The translations under genes and the position numbers were made by a program. A stretch of 64,000 nucleotides of DNA from an uncultured Planctomycetaceae bacterium (GTDB lineage: Bacteria; Planctomycetota; Planctomycetia; Planctomycetales; Planctomycetaceae), in contig CAWFAK010000017.1 of assembly GCA_963813715.1 (NCBI GenBank), forward strand, positions 896,001 to 960,000. Reading direction: 5' to 3'. Under the pieces are notes generated by a model. That model did no database searches and was not told the origin of the DNA. It saw only the letters and a program-made list of their open reading frames with translations. Shown in pieces: positions 22,835 to 33,335 of the stretch. How positions within the stretch are numbered: the first letter of the stretch is position 1; the number at the start of each line of letters is the position of its first letter.

Positions 22835-23515
22835 ATGCCCGCAAGAATCAGTGTGTCACTGTCGGCGAACTCGCGCCATATAAAGATCGGAGCGGTCGTG
22901 GTCGTCATTGCTCTTCTGACCGGCTGCGGCCGCTCTGCGCCCAACGCGGACGATGCGGCCGACATGATCGGCCCCGCGGACATCCATTTCCAGGACGACC
23001 CGGTGACGAATGCCTCGCCGGGCGACACGCTCGTCAATCTGCAGTTTGTCGACCAGTCGGGCAAAACGATTCGGCCGAAGGACTGGATCGGCACGAAAAA
23101 CCTCGTGCTGGTATTCACCCGCGGTTACAACGGCGGGATTTGCCCGTACTGCTCGAGTTACACCTCGAGCCTGATCTCGAACTATCCGGCGATCAGCGAG
23201 CGGGCGACCGAGGTGCTTGTCGTTTATCCGATCACCAAGCCCGACCAGTCGCAGCACCTGAGTGATTTTCTCAAAGCGACCTTCCTCCGCACCGGGGAGG
23301 GCGTGAGCAAAACGCCGTTTCCTGTTGTGCTCGATATCGAGCTCAAAGCGGTCAACGCGCTCGGCATCCGGCAGGATCCTTCCAAGCCGGCGACCTACAT
23401 CCTCGATAAAAAGGGGCAGGTTCGTTTTGCTTACGTCGGCAAGTTTTTGTCGGATCGCCCGTCGGTTAAAGCGATATTGAAACAGTTGGATACACTCAAA
23501 GAAGAGCCGGGCTGA
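22835..23515 (+). CDS. AhpC/TSA (peroxiredoxin-like) redoxin, probable lipoprotein
   Basis: LLTGC lipobox, CPYC, PATYILDKKGQVRFAYVG and DRPS motifs. Confidence 0.8.
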   Translation: MPARISVSLSANSRHIKIGAVVVVIALLTGCGRSAPNADDAADMIGPADIHFQDDPVTNASPGDTLVNLQFVDQSGKTIRPKDWIGTKNLVLVFTRGYNGGICPYCSSYTSSLISNYPAISERATEVLVVYPITKPDQSQHLSDFLKATFLRTGEGVSKTPFPVVLDIELKAVNALGIRQDPSKPATYILDKKGQVRFAYVGKFLSDRPSVKAILKQLDTLKEEPG

Positions 23516-23527
23516 GACACCACGCTC

Positions 23528-25495
23528 ATGACCAATCCAACCTCGTCGCCACCGCAAGGCGATTTCCTTTCAATCGCTTGCCAGTTGCGGTTCCTGGACC
23601 GCGAGACTTACCTGCGCTTGGAGGCCGAGGTCCGAACCGGCAACCTCGCGGCCAACACCCTCGCCTTGCAGCAGGGCCTGATCGACGCCGTTCAGGCGGA
23701 CATCGTCGAAACGCTGCTGCACGCCGCAGAGGTCGTGCCGGGCTACGAAATTCTCGAATGGATCGGGCGCGGCGGAATGGGCGTGGTCTTTCGCGCGCGG
23801 CAAAAGAGCCTGGACCGCGTCGTTGCCATCAAGACGATTCCCGTCACGCAGATGCACGACCCGACGGCGCTCGCTCGGTTCGAACAAGAGGCGATGGCCG
23901 TCGCGCGGCTCCGCCATCCGAACATCGTCGCCGCCTATGATTTCGGCCGACATGCTGGGCGCCTCTATTTCGTGATGGAGTTGATCGAAGGGCTCGACGT
24001 CGAGCGGCAGGTGGAGCTCAATGGCCCGTTTCACGAGGTGATTGCGTGGCGACTGATGCGGCAGGCGGCCGCCGGCCTCTCGCACGCTGCCTCCGCCAAG
24101 ATCATCCACCGCGACATCAAGCCCGCCAATTTGCTGCTCGTCGATCCCCCTGCCGGCTTTGAGCTGGCGGAAGGCCTGAAGATGGTGAAAATCACCGACT
24201 TCGGGCTGGCATTCCTCGCTCGCGACGTCGAGATGCAGACCCGGCTGACGTCGTTGAATACGGCGATCGGCAGCCCCCATTATTTGGCCCCCGAGCAGTT
24301 GTCCGGAGAGCCCTTCGATCATCGTGTCGACATCTACTCCCTCGGCGCGACGGCGTTTCAGCTGATCGCCGGTGAACCGCCGTTTTACGGAATGAAGCTC
24401 CCACAACTCGTGACGCAAAAGCTGGTCGCGGACGGAATCGACGTTCGCGGCCAGTTTCCGCACGTCTCGCCCGCGAGCAGCGAGTTGATTCGCGAGATGA
24501 CCCGCCGAAATCCGAACGATCGCGTCCGGGGTTACTCGGAGCTGCTGCAGCGGATCGATTCGCTGATTGCGTCCGTCCCGAAACCGAGCGGCGCCCCGCC
24601 GAATTGGTCTGCCCACGCGGCCACGCAGATTATTTCGATCGATCCCACACCGGCGGCGTTGGCCACGCAGGCTGTGCGGGCGCAAACGGCCGCACTGGCG
24701 CCTCCACAGTCACAGCCAACACCGGCTGTCGCGCACGCGACCGAACCGAGCGGATGGCATCCGTCTGCCAAAGCGTCGAGTCCGCGCCGGCTGCGACGAT
24801 CGCGGCCCGTGCTGGCTCTGCTCATCGGCGTCGTCGTGGTTGCTAGTACCGCTGCTGCCGGAATTTGGCGGTTTTGGCCGAGTGGAGCCCGCAGTAATAA
24901 ATCGGCGCGGCCGCTGGTTCCTGTGGGTGTCGGCAAGAATCTGTTTGACGGCCTTTCGCTGACGGGTTGGCGGGCGCAGCAGGGTTCGTGGACAGTGAAG
25001 CGGAATACCGAAGGTGGCCGGGTCCTTGGAGGAACGAGCGGCGTCATCAGTCATGCGCTGCAGAACACAATCGGCAAATCCAGACGCCCGATCGGCCATT
25101 ACCGACTCTCCGTGGTGGTCCAGCTCCACGGGGCCAAGGCGGCGGAGATCCAATTCGGACGCGACACGTCGATCGAAGATGAACCGCGTTGCGTCGTCAG
25201 GCTTTCCCAGCAAGGCGTCGAACTGGGGCGACGCGAGCGCGATCTCGGCCCCTTCGTGAGCCAGTCACCGCTCATTCGGCTGGAGCGCGGCACGGGCGAG
25301 ACGTACACGTTGTCCGTGGAGCGTCAAGCCGACAGTTGGCGTGCGCTGCTCGACGAGAAACCGATCGGTTCCCTTCCGATTTTGCCCGAACCGACGATTC
25401 CCACATTCAATCTCGTCGCCGAGGACGGAGAGGTCTGGTTTTCGGACATCATGTTGCAGGGCTTGGGCATTCCCGAGCCGGAGCCAACGCAGTAG
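23528..25495 (+). CDS. Membrane Ser/Thr protein kinase with C-terminal DUF1080/LamG-like domain
   Basis: IGRGGMGVV, VAIK, HRDIKPAN, DFGLA and APE motifs, one TM segment, then NLFDGLSLTGW. Confidence 0.9.
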   Translation: MTNPTSSPPQGDFLSIACQLRFLDRETYLRLEAEVRTGNLAANTLALQQGLIDAVQADIVETLLHAAEVVPGYEILEWIGRGGMGVVFRARQKSLDRVVAIKTIPVTQMHDPTALARFEQEAMAVARLRHPNIVAAYDFGRHAGRLYFVMELIEGLDVERQVELNGPFHEVIAWRLMRQAAAGLSHAASAKIIHRDIKPANLLLVDPPAGFELAEGLKMVKITDFGLAFLARDVEMQTRLTSLNTAIGSPHYLAPEQLSGEPFDHRVDIYSLGATAFQLIAGEPPFYGMKLPQLVTQKLVADGIDVRGQFPHVSPASSELIREMTRRNPNDRVRGYSELLQRIDSLIASVPKPSGAPPNWSAHAATQIISIDPTPAALATQAVRAQTAALAPPQSQPTPAVAHATEPSGWHPSAKASSPRRLRRSRPVLALLIGVVVVASTAAAGIWRFWPSGARSNKSARPLVPVGVGKNLFDGLSLTGWRAQQGSWTVKRNTEGGRVLGGTSGVISHALQNTIGKSRRPIGHYRLSVVVQLHGAKAAEIQFGRDTSIEDEPRCVVRLSQQGVELGRRERDLGPFVSQSPLIRLERGTGETYTLSVERQADSWRALLDEKPIGSLPILPEPTIPTFNLVAEDGEVWFSDIMLQGLGIPEPEPTQ

Positions 25496-25529
25496 GTCCG
25501 TCGATCCCGGGGAGCGTGGCAGCACGTAA

Positions 25530-26606
25530 TCACGATGGTCGGTCGGAAGTCGCAGACTCCTCGGCGTTCCAGGGGACCGTATAGCACATGCCGGGCATTT
25601 CGATTCCGCCGCGTTGTCCCGGCACTATAGAACCGTATCGTTCGGCAAAAATCGGCGGTAGCGGACGCGCATTCTCCGGGGCCACCCAGAGCCGCAGGAG
25701 ATGACGCTTGCGGTCGGGTTCGGGCCAGTCTTCGAACGCGGTGCGGTCGTGCAGCAGCGTGTGGTTATGGACGAGCTGAATGTCACCCGTCTGAAATCCC
25801 ATCTGGAAATTCAAGGCCGGATCGTTGGCCAACGCGTCGAACAGGTCAAGCGCCTGCGTCTGCTCGGCGGTCAGCGGTCGAACTTCCGGAAATCGGCGTG
25901 CCGACTCGATATACATCCGATGGTAAATGGCCGAAAGCAGTCCTGCGTGCCAATTGAAAACGGGGACAGAGAAGAAAGGTTTCTGCCCGGCCGGCACTTC
26001 CCCGCGACGGTCGGTCTCGATGCGCTCGAATAGGACCTGTGCCAGTTCGGGACACCGCTTCCGCATTTCGTTAAAGATGGTGACCGAGCTGACCAGGCTC
26101 GACAGTCCACCGGCCTTTGCCGGTTGCAGGCAGAGCAGCCCGACAATGTCGCACGAATCGGTGTGATAGTTCTGCCGCTCTTTGGTCTGATAGATGCGCA
26201 CGTGCGGATCGCGACTGCTTAGACCCACGTCCCTCACATGTCCCAGCAAATGGCCGCGGGCGTTCTGTGGACGCAGACGGCCGCAATGCAGACCCAGGCC
26301 CAGGAAAGCGACCGCCGACAACCGCCGTCCCCAGTGCTCGATCGGCAACCCGCGCAAAAGCACGAATCCCCGCCCTGCGATCACTTGCTGGAGAATCGCG
26401 CCCAGACGGCGACTGAGCGTGGGCACCGGAAAATCGACGGGCCTCAATCTGTCCCACTCCGGTTCGGCATGTTCAAATCGGCGGGCGGCCGACTCCACCT
26501 CGGCCACCTCGTCCGCTGTGAGCGTCTCGATCCAGTCGGATTGCCGGGACACGTCAGGACCATACCAGGCAGAAGGGCCGTCGATTGCGGGAGGGAGTTC
26601 GAACAT
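25530..26606 (-). CDS. TauD/TfdA family Fe(II)/2-oxoglutarate dioxygenase
   Basis: GRGFVLLRG, HTDSCD, HNHTLLHDRTAF and RHLLRLW motifs. Confidence 0.88.
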   Translation of the reverse strand: MFELPPAIDGPSAWYGPDVSRQSDWIETLTADEVAEVESAARRFEHAEPEWDRLRPVDFPVPTLSRRLGAILQQVIAGRGFVLLRGLPIEHWGRRLSAVAFLGLGLHCGRLRPQNARGHLLGHVRDVGLSSRDPHVRIYQTKERQNYHTDSCDIVGLLCLQPAKAGGLSSLVSSVTIFNEMRKRCPELAQVLFERIETDRRGEVPAGQKPFFSVPVFNWHAGLLSAIYHRMYIESARRFPEVRPLTAEQTQALDLFDALANDPALNFQMGFQTGDIQLVHNHTLLHDRTAFEDWPEPDRKRHLLRLWVAPENARPLPPIFAERYGSIVPGQRGGIEMPGMCYTVPWNAEESATSDRPS

Positions 26607-26794
26607 TGCTTTTTCGCAGTCGTCCTTTTCGGGCGAGTTTGCAACGTCTTCGCCGCAACGGGCACGCGAGCATCCGCTCGATGGGACCGTCAGGCTCACG
26701 TCCTCGGCACATTCTAACGCGAAGGCTGTGGAGACTGCGATCGGTCCGTTAGCCGAACGGTCGATTCGTTGGCCAATGACGACCCGCGACGCCT

Positions 26795-29746
26795 TTAGCC
26801 GTCGAGGGTCTCTCGGACCTTGGTCGCGAGATCGAACGTCGTGAAGGGCTTTTGCAAGAAGGCCAGGCCCAGGTCGGGCATTCCCAGTCGCCGCAGCTCG
26901 CCGTCGCGGTAACCCGACGCGTAGAGCACCTTGAGCTTAGGCAGCTGGGCTCGCGCGCGTTCCGCCAGTGCGACTCCGTTCATATCGGGCATGACGACGT
27001 CGGTGATCATCAGGGTGATCTTGCTCGCGTGCTTTCGAAGCAGGTCGAGCGCTTCGGTGGCGTTGCTCGCCTCGTGGACCTGGTAGTTTTGGATTCGCAG
27101 CAAGCGCGACATGAGCCGACGCACGGTCACCTCATCCTCAACCACGAGAACCGTTTCATTCCCTCGCGGAATGGCCTGGGGAGCGGCGTCGACTTCCCAC
27201 GCAGTAAGGCCACTGGTGACGGGCGGCAGATAGACCTGGAAGGTCGAACCGTGGCCGGGCTGGCTGTCGACAGCGATCTGGCCGCCGCATTCCCGCACGA
27301 TTTCCTGCACCGTGGCGAGCCCCATTCCCGTCCCTTTTCCCACTCCTTTCGTCGTGAAAAAGGGCTCGAATATGCGGGCGCGGGTCGCCTCGTCCATGCC
27401 GCAGCCGGTATCGCGCACGGCCAGCAGCACGTAGGAACCGGGAGTCGCTTGCGGGGCGATCTTTTGGCCGCGCGCGAGCTGAACCATTTTGGTCTCGATC
27501 GTGATCTGTCCGCCGGCCGGCATGGCGTCCCGGGCATTGACAACCAGATTCATCACGACTTGCTCAATTTGAGCGGGATCCGCTTGGACATGACTTAAAT
27601 CGGGAGTGAGCTCGGTTTTCAGCTCGATCGATTCGCCGACGAGCCTCCGCAGCATCTTCTCCATCCCCTCGACGTACGCGTTGAGGTCGAGCACGACCGG
27701 GTTGTAGATTTCCTTGCGGCAGAACGCCAAAAGCTGACGGGTGAGGCCCGATGCGCGTTTGCCCGACTCGACAATCTCCGTCAGCAGCTCGTGCATCGGC
27801 GCGTCCTTGGGAACTTCCCCCAGCACCATTTCGCCGTAACCCAGGATGACGGTCAGCAAATTGTTGAAGTCGTGCGCAACGCCCCCCACCAGGCGCCCGA
27901 CCGACTCCATCTTTTCGGCCTGCCGCAGCTTCTCGACGACTTCCTGCAGTGTATGCTGCAGCCGCACGCGCGAGAGGAACGATCCCACCTGTTCGCCGAT
28001 CGCCGTGAGGCAGCCGAGGAATTGTTCATCCGGCTCGGCGATCTGGTCCGCAAAGAAGAGCAGGACGCCGCTCGCGCTCGCATCGGCATCGGTTCCGGAG
28101 AGCACGGGAATGCCCAGCACGGCATCGAGGCCGCAGCGCGCTGCGAGGCCGACTCGGTCGATCGCGCGGTCTGTCGAGAGCTTGCCAAACCACCGCGGCT
28201 TGCCGTGACGCAGCACCGTTTTCGCCAGATCGGTCGGCTCGCCCGTCTCCCAGTTTTGCGTCTGACTCGCGAACTCGGCCGCCAGCGTTGAGGCCGCATT
28301 CCAGGTCGCCGACAGATGGAGACTCGTCGTCTCGGCGTCGGCCGACCAGAATTCGCCGCAGCTGTACCCAAGATGAGTGCCTATCACCGACAGAATCGTG
28401 CCGAGGGTCTGTTCATTCGCTTCGGGATCGGCGAGCAGCCGCGAGAGAGCATGCCCAAGCGCCAGTCGACGCTCGGCCCGCTTCCGGTCGGTGAGGTCGG
28501 CGAGCAGGATCACCGTCTCTTCGACGGTCTTTTCGGCCCCGCACAGCGGCGAGACGGACATCGCGACTTCGAGAGTCTGCCCGCTCTGCGTCTGCACCTT
28601 GGTTTCGACATGGGCCGTCGCCTGGCCGGCCAGGGCTCCGCGCAAAGAAGCATCGAGGACTTCACGTTCGGCCCCGCGGGCGATCGCCAGCGGACGGCCG
28701 ACAGATTCAGCGGCAGTGCGGCCGAAAAGGCGTTCCGCCGCCGGGTTCCAGCGTGTGACGTTGCCCTCGCGGTCGACGGCGCAGATAGCGGCGGGTGAAA
28801 AGCGGACGAGCGCGTCGTGTGCCCGCTTCGAGTCGGCCAGGAGTTCGTGCTGCCGCAAGAAGCCGAGGGCCGGTCCGATTTCGACGGCCGCCTTTTCGAG
28901 CGTAAATGTGTCGACATCTCGAATTGCGCGGGCAAAGCAGGCGGCGACAATCGTGACCACGCGATCCTGAAAAATAATCGGATACAACAAAACGCCTGTG
29001 ATTCCTCGTCCGCGAATAATCTTTTCGAGCACATTTTCGGCCGGAACGTCGCCAGTGCTGACAAAGGCACTGGGAACTTTTTTGCTGCGTACCTGCCGCA
29101 CTTCGTCGATCAAGAGTTCAAAGAACGGCAGCGACTGGCCTGCCTTTGGGTTCTGAGAGGCCGCCCCGAACACGGGGTCAGGCCGTCGCTCGTCGACCGT
29201 CCAAATGCCGACCTCGAGCGCCTCGAGCGATTTGGCCAGGACGTTGGCCCAGGCCTCAAGGATCGAGACGGGTGAAAAAGGCCGGGCGAACGGAGCCCAG
29301 ATTTCCGCCCGCAACGAGGTGACGTAGGCCCGACGCTCCGTCCGTTGTTCTTCCTCTTTACGCTCTGAAACGTCAAAGGCGATGGCGTAGAGGCTGCGGT
29401 CTCCATCGCGGCGGATTTGCCAGCAGAACCATTTGTGCGACCCGTCACGGCAGCGGATGGGCGCATCCAGACTGCGCAGGGCGCCCGTTTCGGCCGATTC
29501 ACGGAGCATCGCGGTAAAGGCGGCGGCGTGGTCGGGATGGACGAAATGCGTCACAAGGCGACCGAGCACAAGTTCGCTGGCGTGGCCTAACAGATCAGTC
29601 CACGCCCGGTTCGCCAGCATAATGCGACCGTCAATCGACGTGACGGCGACAAGCGCAGGCGATCGCTCGAGCAGTCCGCCCCGTTGCTGCGGTGACTGTA
29701 CGGCGATCGCTTCAGGCGTCAAAGGTCGGTCGAGAGTCGTGCTCAT
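26795..29746 (-). CDS. Hybrid PAS/GAF sensor histidine kinase-response regulator (CckA-like)
   Basis: Two PAS and two GAF-like segments, GGVAHDFNNLL, NLVVNARDAM, EPFFTTKGVGKGTGMGL, and a REC domain with TDVVMP and KPF. Confidence 0.92.
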   Translation of the reverse strand: MSTTLDRPLTPEAIAVQSPQQRGGLLERSPALVAVTSIDGRIMLANRAWTDLLGHASELVLGRLVTHFVHPDHAAAFTAMLRESAETGALRSLDAPIRCRDGSHKWFCWQIRRDGDRSLYAIAFDVSERKEEEQRTERRAYVTSLRAEIWAPFARPFSPVSILEAWANVLAKSLEALEVGIWTVDERRPDPVFGAASQNPKAGQSLPFFELLIDEVRQVRSKKVPSAFVSTGDVPAENVLEKIIRGRGITGVLLYPIIFQDRVVTIVAACFARAIRDVDTFTLEKAAVEIGPALGFLRQHELLADSKRAHDALVRFSPAAICAVDREGNVTRWNPAAERLFGRTAAESVGRPLAIARGAEREVLDASLRGALAGQATAHVETKVQTQSGQTLEVAMSVSPLCGAEKTVEETVILLADLTDRKRAERRLALGHALSRLLADPEANEQTLGTILSVIGTHLGYSCGEFWSADAETTSLHLSATWNAASTLAAEFASQTQNWETGEPTDLAKTVLRHGKPRWFGKLSTDRAIDRVGLAARCGLDAVLGIPVLSGTDADASASGVLLFFADQIAEPDEQFLGCLTAIGEQVGSFLSRVRLQHTLQEVVEKLRQAEKMESVGRLVGGVAHDFNNLLTVILGYGEMVLGEVPKDAPMHELLTEIVESGKRASGLTRQLLAFCRKEIYNPVVLDLNAYVEGMEKMLRRLVGESIELKTELTPDLSHVQADPAQIEQVVMNLVVNARDAMPAGGQITIETKMVQLARGQKIAPQATPGSYVLLAVRDTGCGMDEATRARIFEPFFTTKGVGKGTGMGLATVQEIVRECGGQIAVDSQPGHGSTFQVYLPPVTSGLTAWEVDAAPQAIPRGNETVLVVEDEVTVRRLMSRLLRIQNYQVHEASNATEALDLLRKHASKITLMITDVVMPDMNGVALAERARAQLPKLKVLYASGYRDGELRRLGMPDLGLAFLQKPFTTFDLATKVRETLDG

Positions 29747-29751
29747 CGAAG

Positions 29752-31284
29752 TTATTGAACGAGGTAAACGTCCATCGCGGGTGAAAGCAGCTGACTCGGA
29801 TTCAACGTGCACTGCAGAATGTTCAGGCAGAGCATGGATCCAGTGACAAATTTCAGGTTATACGTGCCGGCGGCGGCAAAAATCATCTGTCCGTACTTGG
29901 AGTAAATGGAACCGCTGAGCGTCCCGCCCAGAATCAAAGTCTCGTCGGCGAGCACGATCGGTCGGCGATCGATGCGCCGCTGGTAGAAGAGGAGTCCGTT
30001 GAACGGGCTGGTCGAATCGTTGAGCCCGGAGTAGCTGCTGCCCAAGAGCGAAGCGATGACCACACTCGGGATCAGATTGGCGGCTCCCGCCGGCGGAGTC
30101 GCGTTGCCGTCGGAATTGTCCGGAGCACCCGAGGCGGGCGTATAGTTGGTCGTGTTCGTGATATAGAAGGTGACGCCGTTGGCCGTCACATTTCCGGCGA
30201 TCACATTGAAAGCGATTCCTGTGAGCGGGTTGACGCTGCGGATGATGTAGACGCCGGGGTTGAAGGTCACGCCGCCGCTCACGATCTCGATCCAATCGTA
30301 AACGCCCGGGTTGAACACCTTGGCGGGCAGGAGGGGCAGGCCGATCACGGTCACGCCGCCGTACTGCGTGGCGACAACGTTGTGGCTGTCGGCCGCCGTC
30401 GTGGGAGCGGGAATGCTGCTGTACGGATCGGGAACCGGCAGCGCATTGCAGCGGAGAGGACTGGGCTGCCCCGAAGAGTTGCTGCCGTAGTTATGCGGAT
30501 TGTCGACGCCGCCGACAACCCGGATGTCCTGTGCGGCGACACTGGTGAGCGCGATCAATGGCGTGCACTCCGCGCCATAGGGGGGTGATGCGGCGGTGCC
30601 GGCGGCATTCCCGTTTTGGTCCACGCCGCCCCATTGATTGTTGTCGAGCACGGCGCCGTTCACCTTGAATTGGCCCAAGCCCAGCACCTGCAGGCCACCC
30701 AGAATGGGCGGCAGCGTCAGCGACAGTGGCGCGACGGGAGCCAGGTTGACGGTAATTCCAGGCGGGTTCGGATCGAGCAGCACGAGAGCGCCACCCGCCG
30801 TCGACGCTTGCGAACCGGCGACCGAAGAAGCCTCAATCGTCTGCACGGACGAACCAGCGAGCACTTGAATGAAATAGGTGCTGGCCTTGCGAGTCACGTT
30901 TACCTGGGCGTAGGCCGCGTTGCCCGCGTAGGGGCCGCTGGTTGGCGGGACGCTGAGCACCACCGTCGCGTCCGTGAGCAAGTTGTCGTTCTGGACCGCA
31001 GTGGTCGCTGCAGCCGTCGCGTCGACGACCGAGCCACCTTGGTAAATCGTCATGGCGGCGGCCGTTGCGGCGGCGTCGGCGGCACTCTGCAGATTGCGGT
31101 GCGAGGCGAACAAAATGCTCGTGTCGAGAACCAGGCCGGCGATGCCCACCAGCATCGGCAACGTGATCGCCAGAATGACCAGCACGCCTGCCGAACGGCG
31201 GTGGCCGAACGTGGGTACGGTTTGCAGACGGCGGCGTGGCGACTTCAACCGGTTCACTGTCTGGTTGTGTAGCAGAGATCGCAT
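29752..31284 (-). CDS. tadG: TadG-like Flp pilus assembly protein
   Basis: N-terminal TM, then LQSAADAAATAAA motif; terminal pilus gene of the Tad cluster. Confidence 0.8.
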   Translation of the reverse strand: MRSLLHNQTVNRLKSPRRRLQTVPTFGHRRSAGVLVILAITLPMLVGIAGLVLDTSILFASHRNLQSAADAAATAAAMTIYQGGSVVDATAAATTAVQNDNLLTDATVVLSVPPTSGPYAGNAAYAQVNVTRKASTYFIQVLAGSSVQTIEASSVAGSQASTAGGALVLLDPNPPGITVNLAPVAPLSLTLPPILGGLQVLGLGQFKVNGAVLDNNQWGGVDQNGNAAGTAASPPYGAECTPLIALTSVAAQDIRVVGGVDNPHNYGSNSSGQPSPLRCNALPVPDPYSSIPAPTTAADSHNVVATQYGGVTVIGLPLLPAKVFNPGVYDWIEIVSGGVTFNPGVYIIRSVNPLTGIAFNVIAGNVTANGVTFYITNTTNYTPASGAPDNSDGNATPPAGAANLIPSVVIASLLGSSYSGLNDSTSPFNGLLFYQRRIDRRPIVLADETLILGGTLSGSIYSKYGQMIFAAAGTYNLKFVTGSMLCLNILQCTLNPSQLLSPAMDVYLVQ

Positions 31285-31332
31285 CGATTCGCCTCGTGAA
31301 AATCTTGCCGGAATCGTACGGAGTGGACGCTC

Positions 31333-31803
31333 TCAGTGATCGACGGGCATCGTGCAGACCGCCTCGAGAGCGATCGGCTGATTGCCCAGAACGAAGGGAA
31401 TCATGGGGCTGTATTGATAGGTCAGCGTGGCTTGGACGGGATCGTCCGGCTGGTTGGTTCCGTTCGACCAATCCAGCTTGTAGTACACCTTCGCCAGCGT
31501 CAGGGTCGGCAGATCCTGCAGGAAGCTCTGGCTGTATTGGGATCCGTCACCCGCATTTCCATTCACCGCGGTCGGACCCCACATCGTCTCTTGAGGCGAC
31601 GATTTCGAGCCGTGGATCATGGCCTGGCGGCAAAGCTGCTGGGCGCCGTCGCACAGCAGGTTGTAGTCGAGCACCATCAATCCCAGGTCGATCATCACGA
31701 ATAGGATGACGAGGAAGACGCTCAAAACGACCGCAGCCTCGACGGCCGCGACGCCGCGACGCGAGGGACAACTAGCGAGTTGTGATGCTTGAAGCCGCTT
31801 CAT
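31333..31803 (-). CDS. tadE: TadE/TadG family pseudopilin
   Basis: RRGVAAVEAAVVLSVFLVILF motif. Confidence 0.85.
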   Translation of the reverse strand: MKRLQASQLASCPSRRGVAAVEAAVVLSVFLVILFVMIDLGLMVLDYNLLCDGAQQLCRQAMIHGSKSSPQETMWGPTAVNGNAGDGSQYSQSFLQDLPTLTLAKVYYKLDWSNGTNQPDDPVQATLTYQYSPMIPFVLGNQPIALEAVCTMPVDH

Positions 31804-32273
31804 CGATAGCGCCGCATGCCGACGGTGTGGCTAATCGTGAATTGAGTGGGCAAACCGGGCCACTTCGTGATCGTGCTGAACTGGTAGGTGGCCGTGACGG
31901 TTGCGAGGTTGAATCCGCCCGATTCCGCCGTCGTTTCGACGCTGACGGACAACAGGTTCGAGTTGAATGTCGGATTCCCCTGAACTGCATTCTGAACTTG
32001 CTGTGTGACCTGGGTTTGCCACGACGAATAGGTGTACGTGCTATAGCCGTGGGTCGCGCCGTATTCCGCGCCCGCCCGTGCCGCGCACGACACCATGGTG
32101 TAGATCGAGATTGCGCGGCCCAGCTCGACGCATCCGAATGCCAAGAGCAACAACAGGGGCAGCGTCAGCGCAAGCTCGACGGCCGCCGCGCCGCGGCGTC
32201 TTTGTCGGCTCGGCCGCGTTATCGCACCGGTCTGCCGCGACCGGCCGTATGCGGCTGGTGAAAACGTCCGCAT
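31800..32273 (-). CDS. tadE: TadE family pseudopilin
   Basis: RRGAAAVELALTLPLLLLL...AARAGAEY motif. Confidence 0.88.
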   Translation of the reverse strand: MRTFSPAAYGRSRQTGAITRPSRQRRRGAAAVELALTLPLLLLLAFGCVELGRAISIYTMVSCAARAGAEYGATHGYSTYTYSSWQTQVTQQVQNAVQGNPTFNSNLLSVSVETTAESGGFNLATVTATYQFSTITKWPGLPTQFTISHTVGMRRYR

Positions 32274-33308
32274 TTACTTGTTCTCGGCGACCTGTTTGTC
32301 GCTGGGCTTGCCGTCGGCAGCCTCTGCCGCATGCGGCGACGAAAACGTGCGGGCGATCTGCACAGCCGCCGGCCCGACGAGGACGACGAAGATGGCGGGG
32401 AAGATGAGCAACAGCGTGGGGAACAGAATCTTGACGGCCGCCTTCTGGGCCATCTCTTCGGCCCGCTGCTCGCGCTGTTCGCGGATCATTTCCGCATGGG
32501 TGCGGAGGGCTTCGGAAATGCTCGTGCCGAAGCGTCGCGATTGCTCGACCAGCGTGCTTAAACTGGAGATCGGAGCCAGGTCGGAACGCTCGGCGAAGTT
32601 GCGGAGCGCCAGATCGGGTGCCGCGCCCAGCTCGATTTGCCGTTCGACAATCCCCATCTCGCCGGCCAACACAGGATGCGCGACGGCCAACTCCTCGGTG
32701 ACGCGCTGCAGGGCGCCGTTCATGCTCAGGCCGCCTTGGACGCAGGTCACCATCAAATCGAGAAAATCGGGCAGCGATTTCAAGAGGACCGCGTGCCTGC
32801 GGACTTTGCGCCGATGCAGCCAAAGGCTCGGCAATACGATCCCCATCGCGCTGGCGGCTCCTGCACAAAACAGGATCCGCTGCGGACGCCCCGCGCCGAG
32901 TGTGCCAAGAAACAAACCGATCAACAGTGGCGAGATAATCATGGCGAGCTTTGTCGTCATGAAGACGCTGGGAGCCCAGGGGACATAGATACCGGCGTGC
33001 ATCAGTCGTGCCTCGAGCTGCGTCCGCTCTCTCTTATCGTTTGGCAGCAGTTGTGCGGCAATCTTCGCGACCTTCGATCGCATGGAAGCGGCAGCCGGCT
33101 GGTCTCCGCGGGATGAGCGCGTCTGCATCAACGGCGTGTCGCTCGAGAGCTCGACCAACCGATCGTCGACGCGGCGGTCCCGTGACCAGATCACGTGAAA
33201 TGCGAAATAGGTCAGGCCGCTCACGGCCAGGAATGCGCAGACCGGAACTGCCAGGGATTCCCAGTTGATCTGCGTCAAGGGGTTCCAGGTCAACGAATTC
33301 CAATTCAT
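32274..33308 (-). CDS. tadC: TadC (type II secretion F family) pilus platform protein
   Basis: LPDFLDLMVTCVQGG, QSRRFGTSI and AEEMAQKAAVKILFP motifs. Confidence 0.9.
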   Translation of the reverse strand: MNWNSLTWNPLTQINWESLAVPVCAFLAVSGLTYFAFHVIWSRDRRVDDRLVELSSDTPLMQTRSSRGDQPAAASMRSKVAKIAAQLLPNDKRERTQLEARLMHAGIYVPWAPSVFMTTKLAMIISPLLIGLFLGTLGAGRPQRILFCAGAASAMGIVLPSLWLHRRKVRRHAVLLKSLPDFLDLMVTCVQGGLSMNGALQRVTEELAVAHPVLAGEMGIVERQIELGAAPDLALRNFAERSDLAPISSLSTLVEQSRRFGTSISEALRTHAEMIREQREQRAEEMAQKAAVKILFPTLLLIFPAIFVVLVGPAAVQIARTFSSPHAAEAADGKPSDKQVAENK

Positions 33309-33335
33309 CGGTCGTTCCGTGGTCGGACGTGTCGC

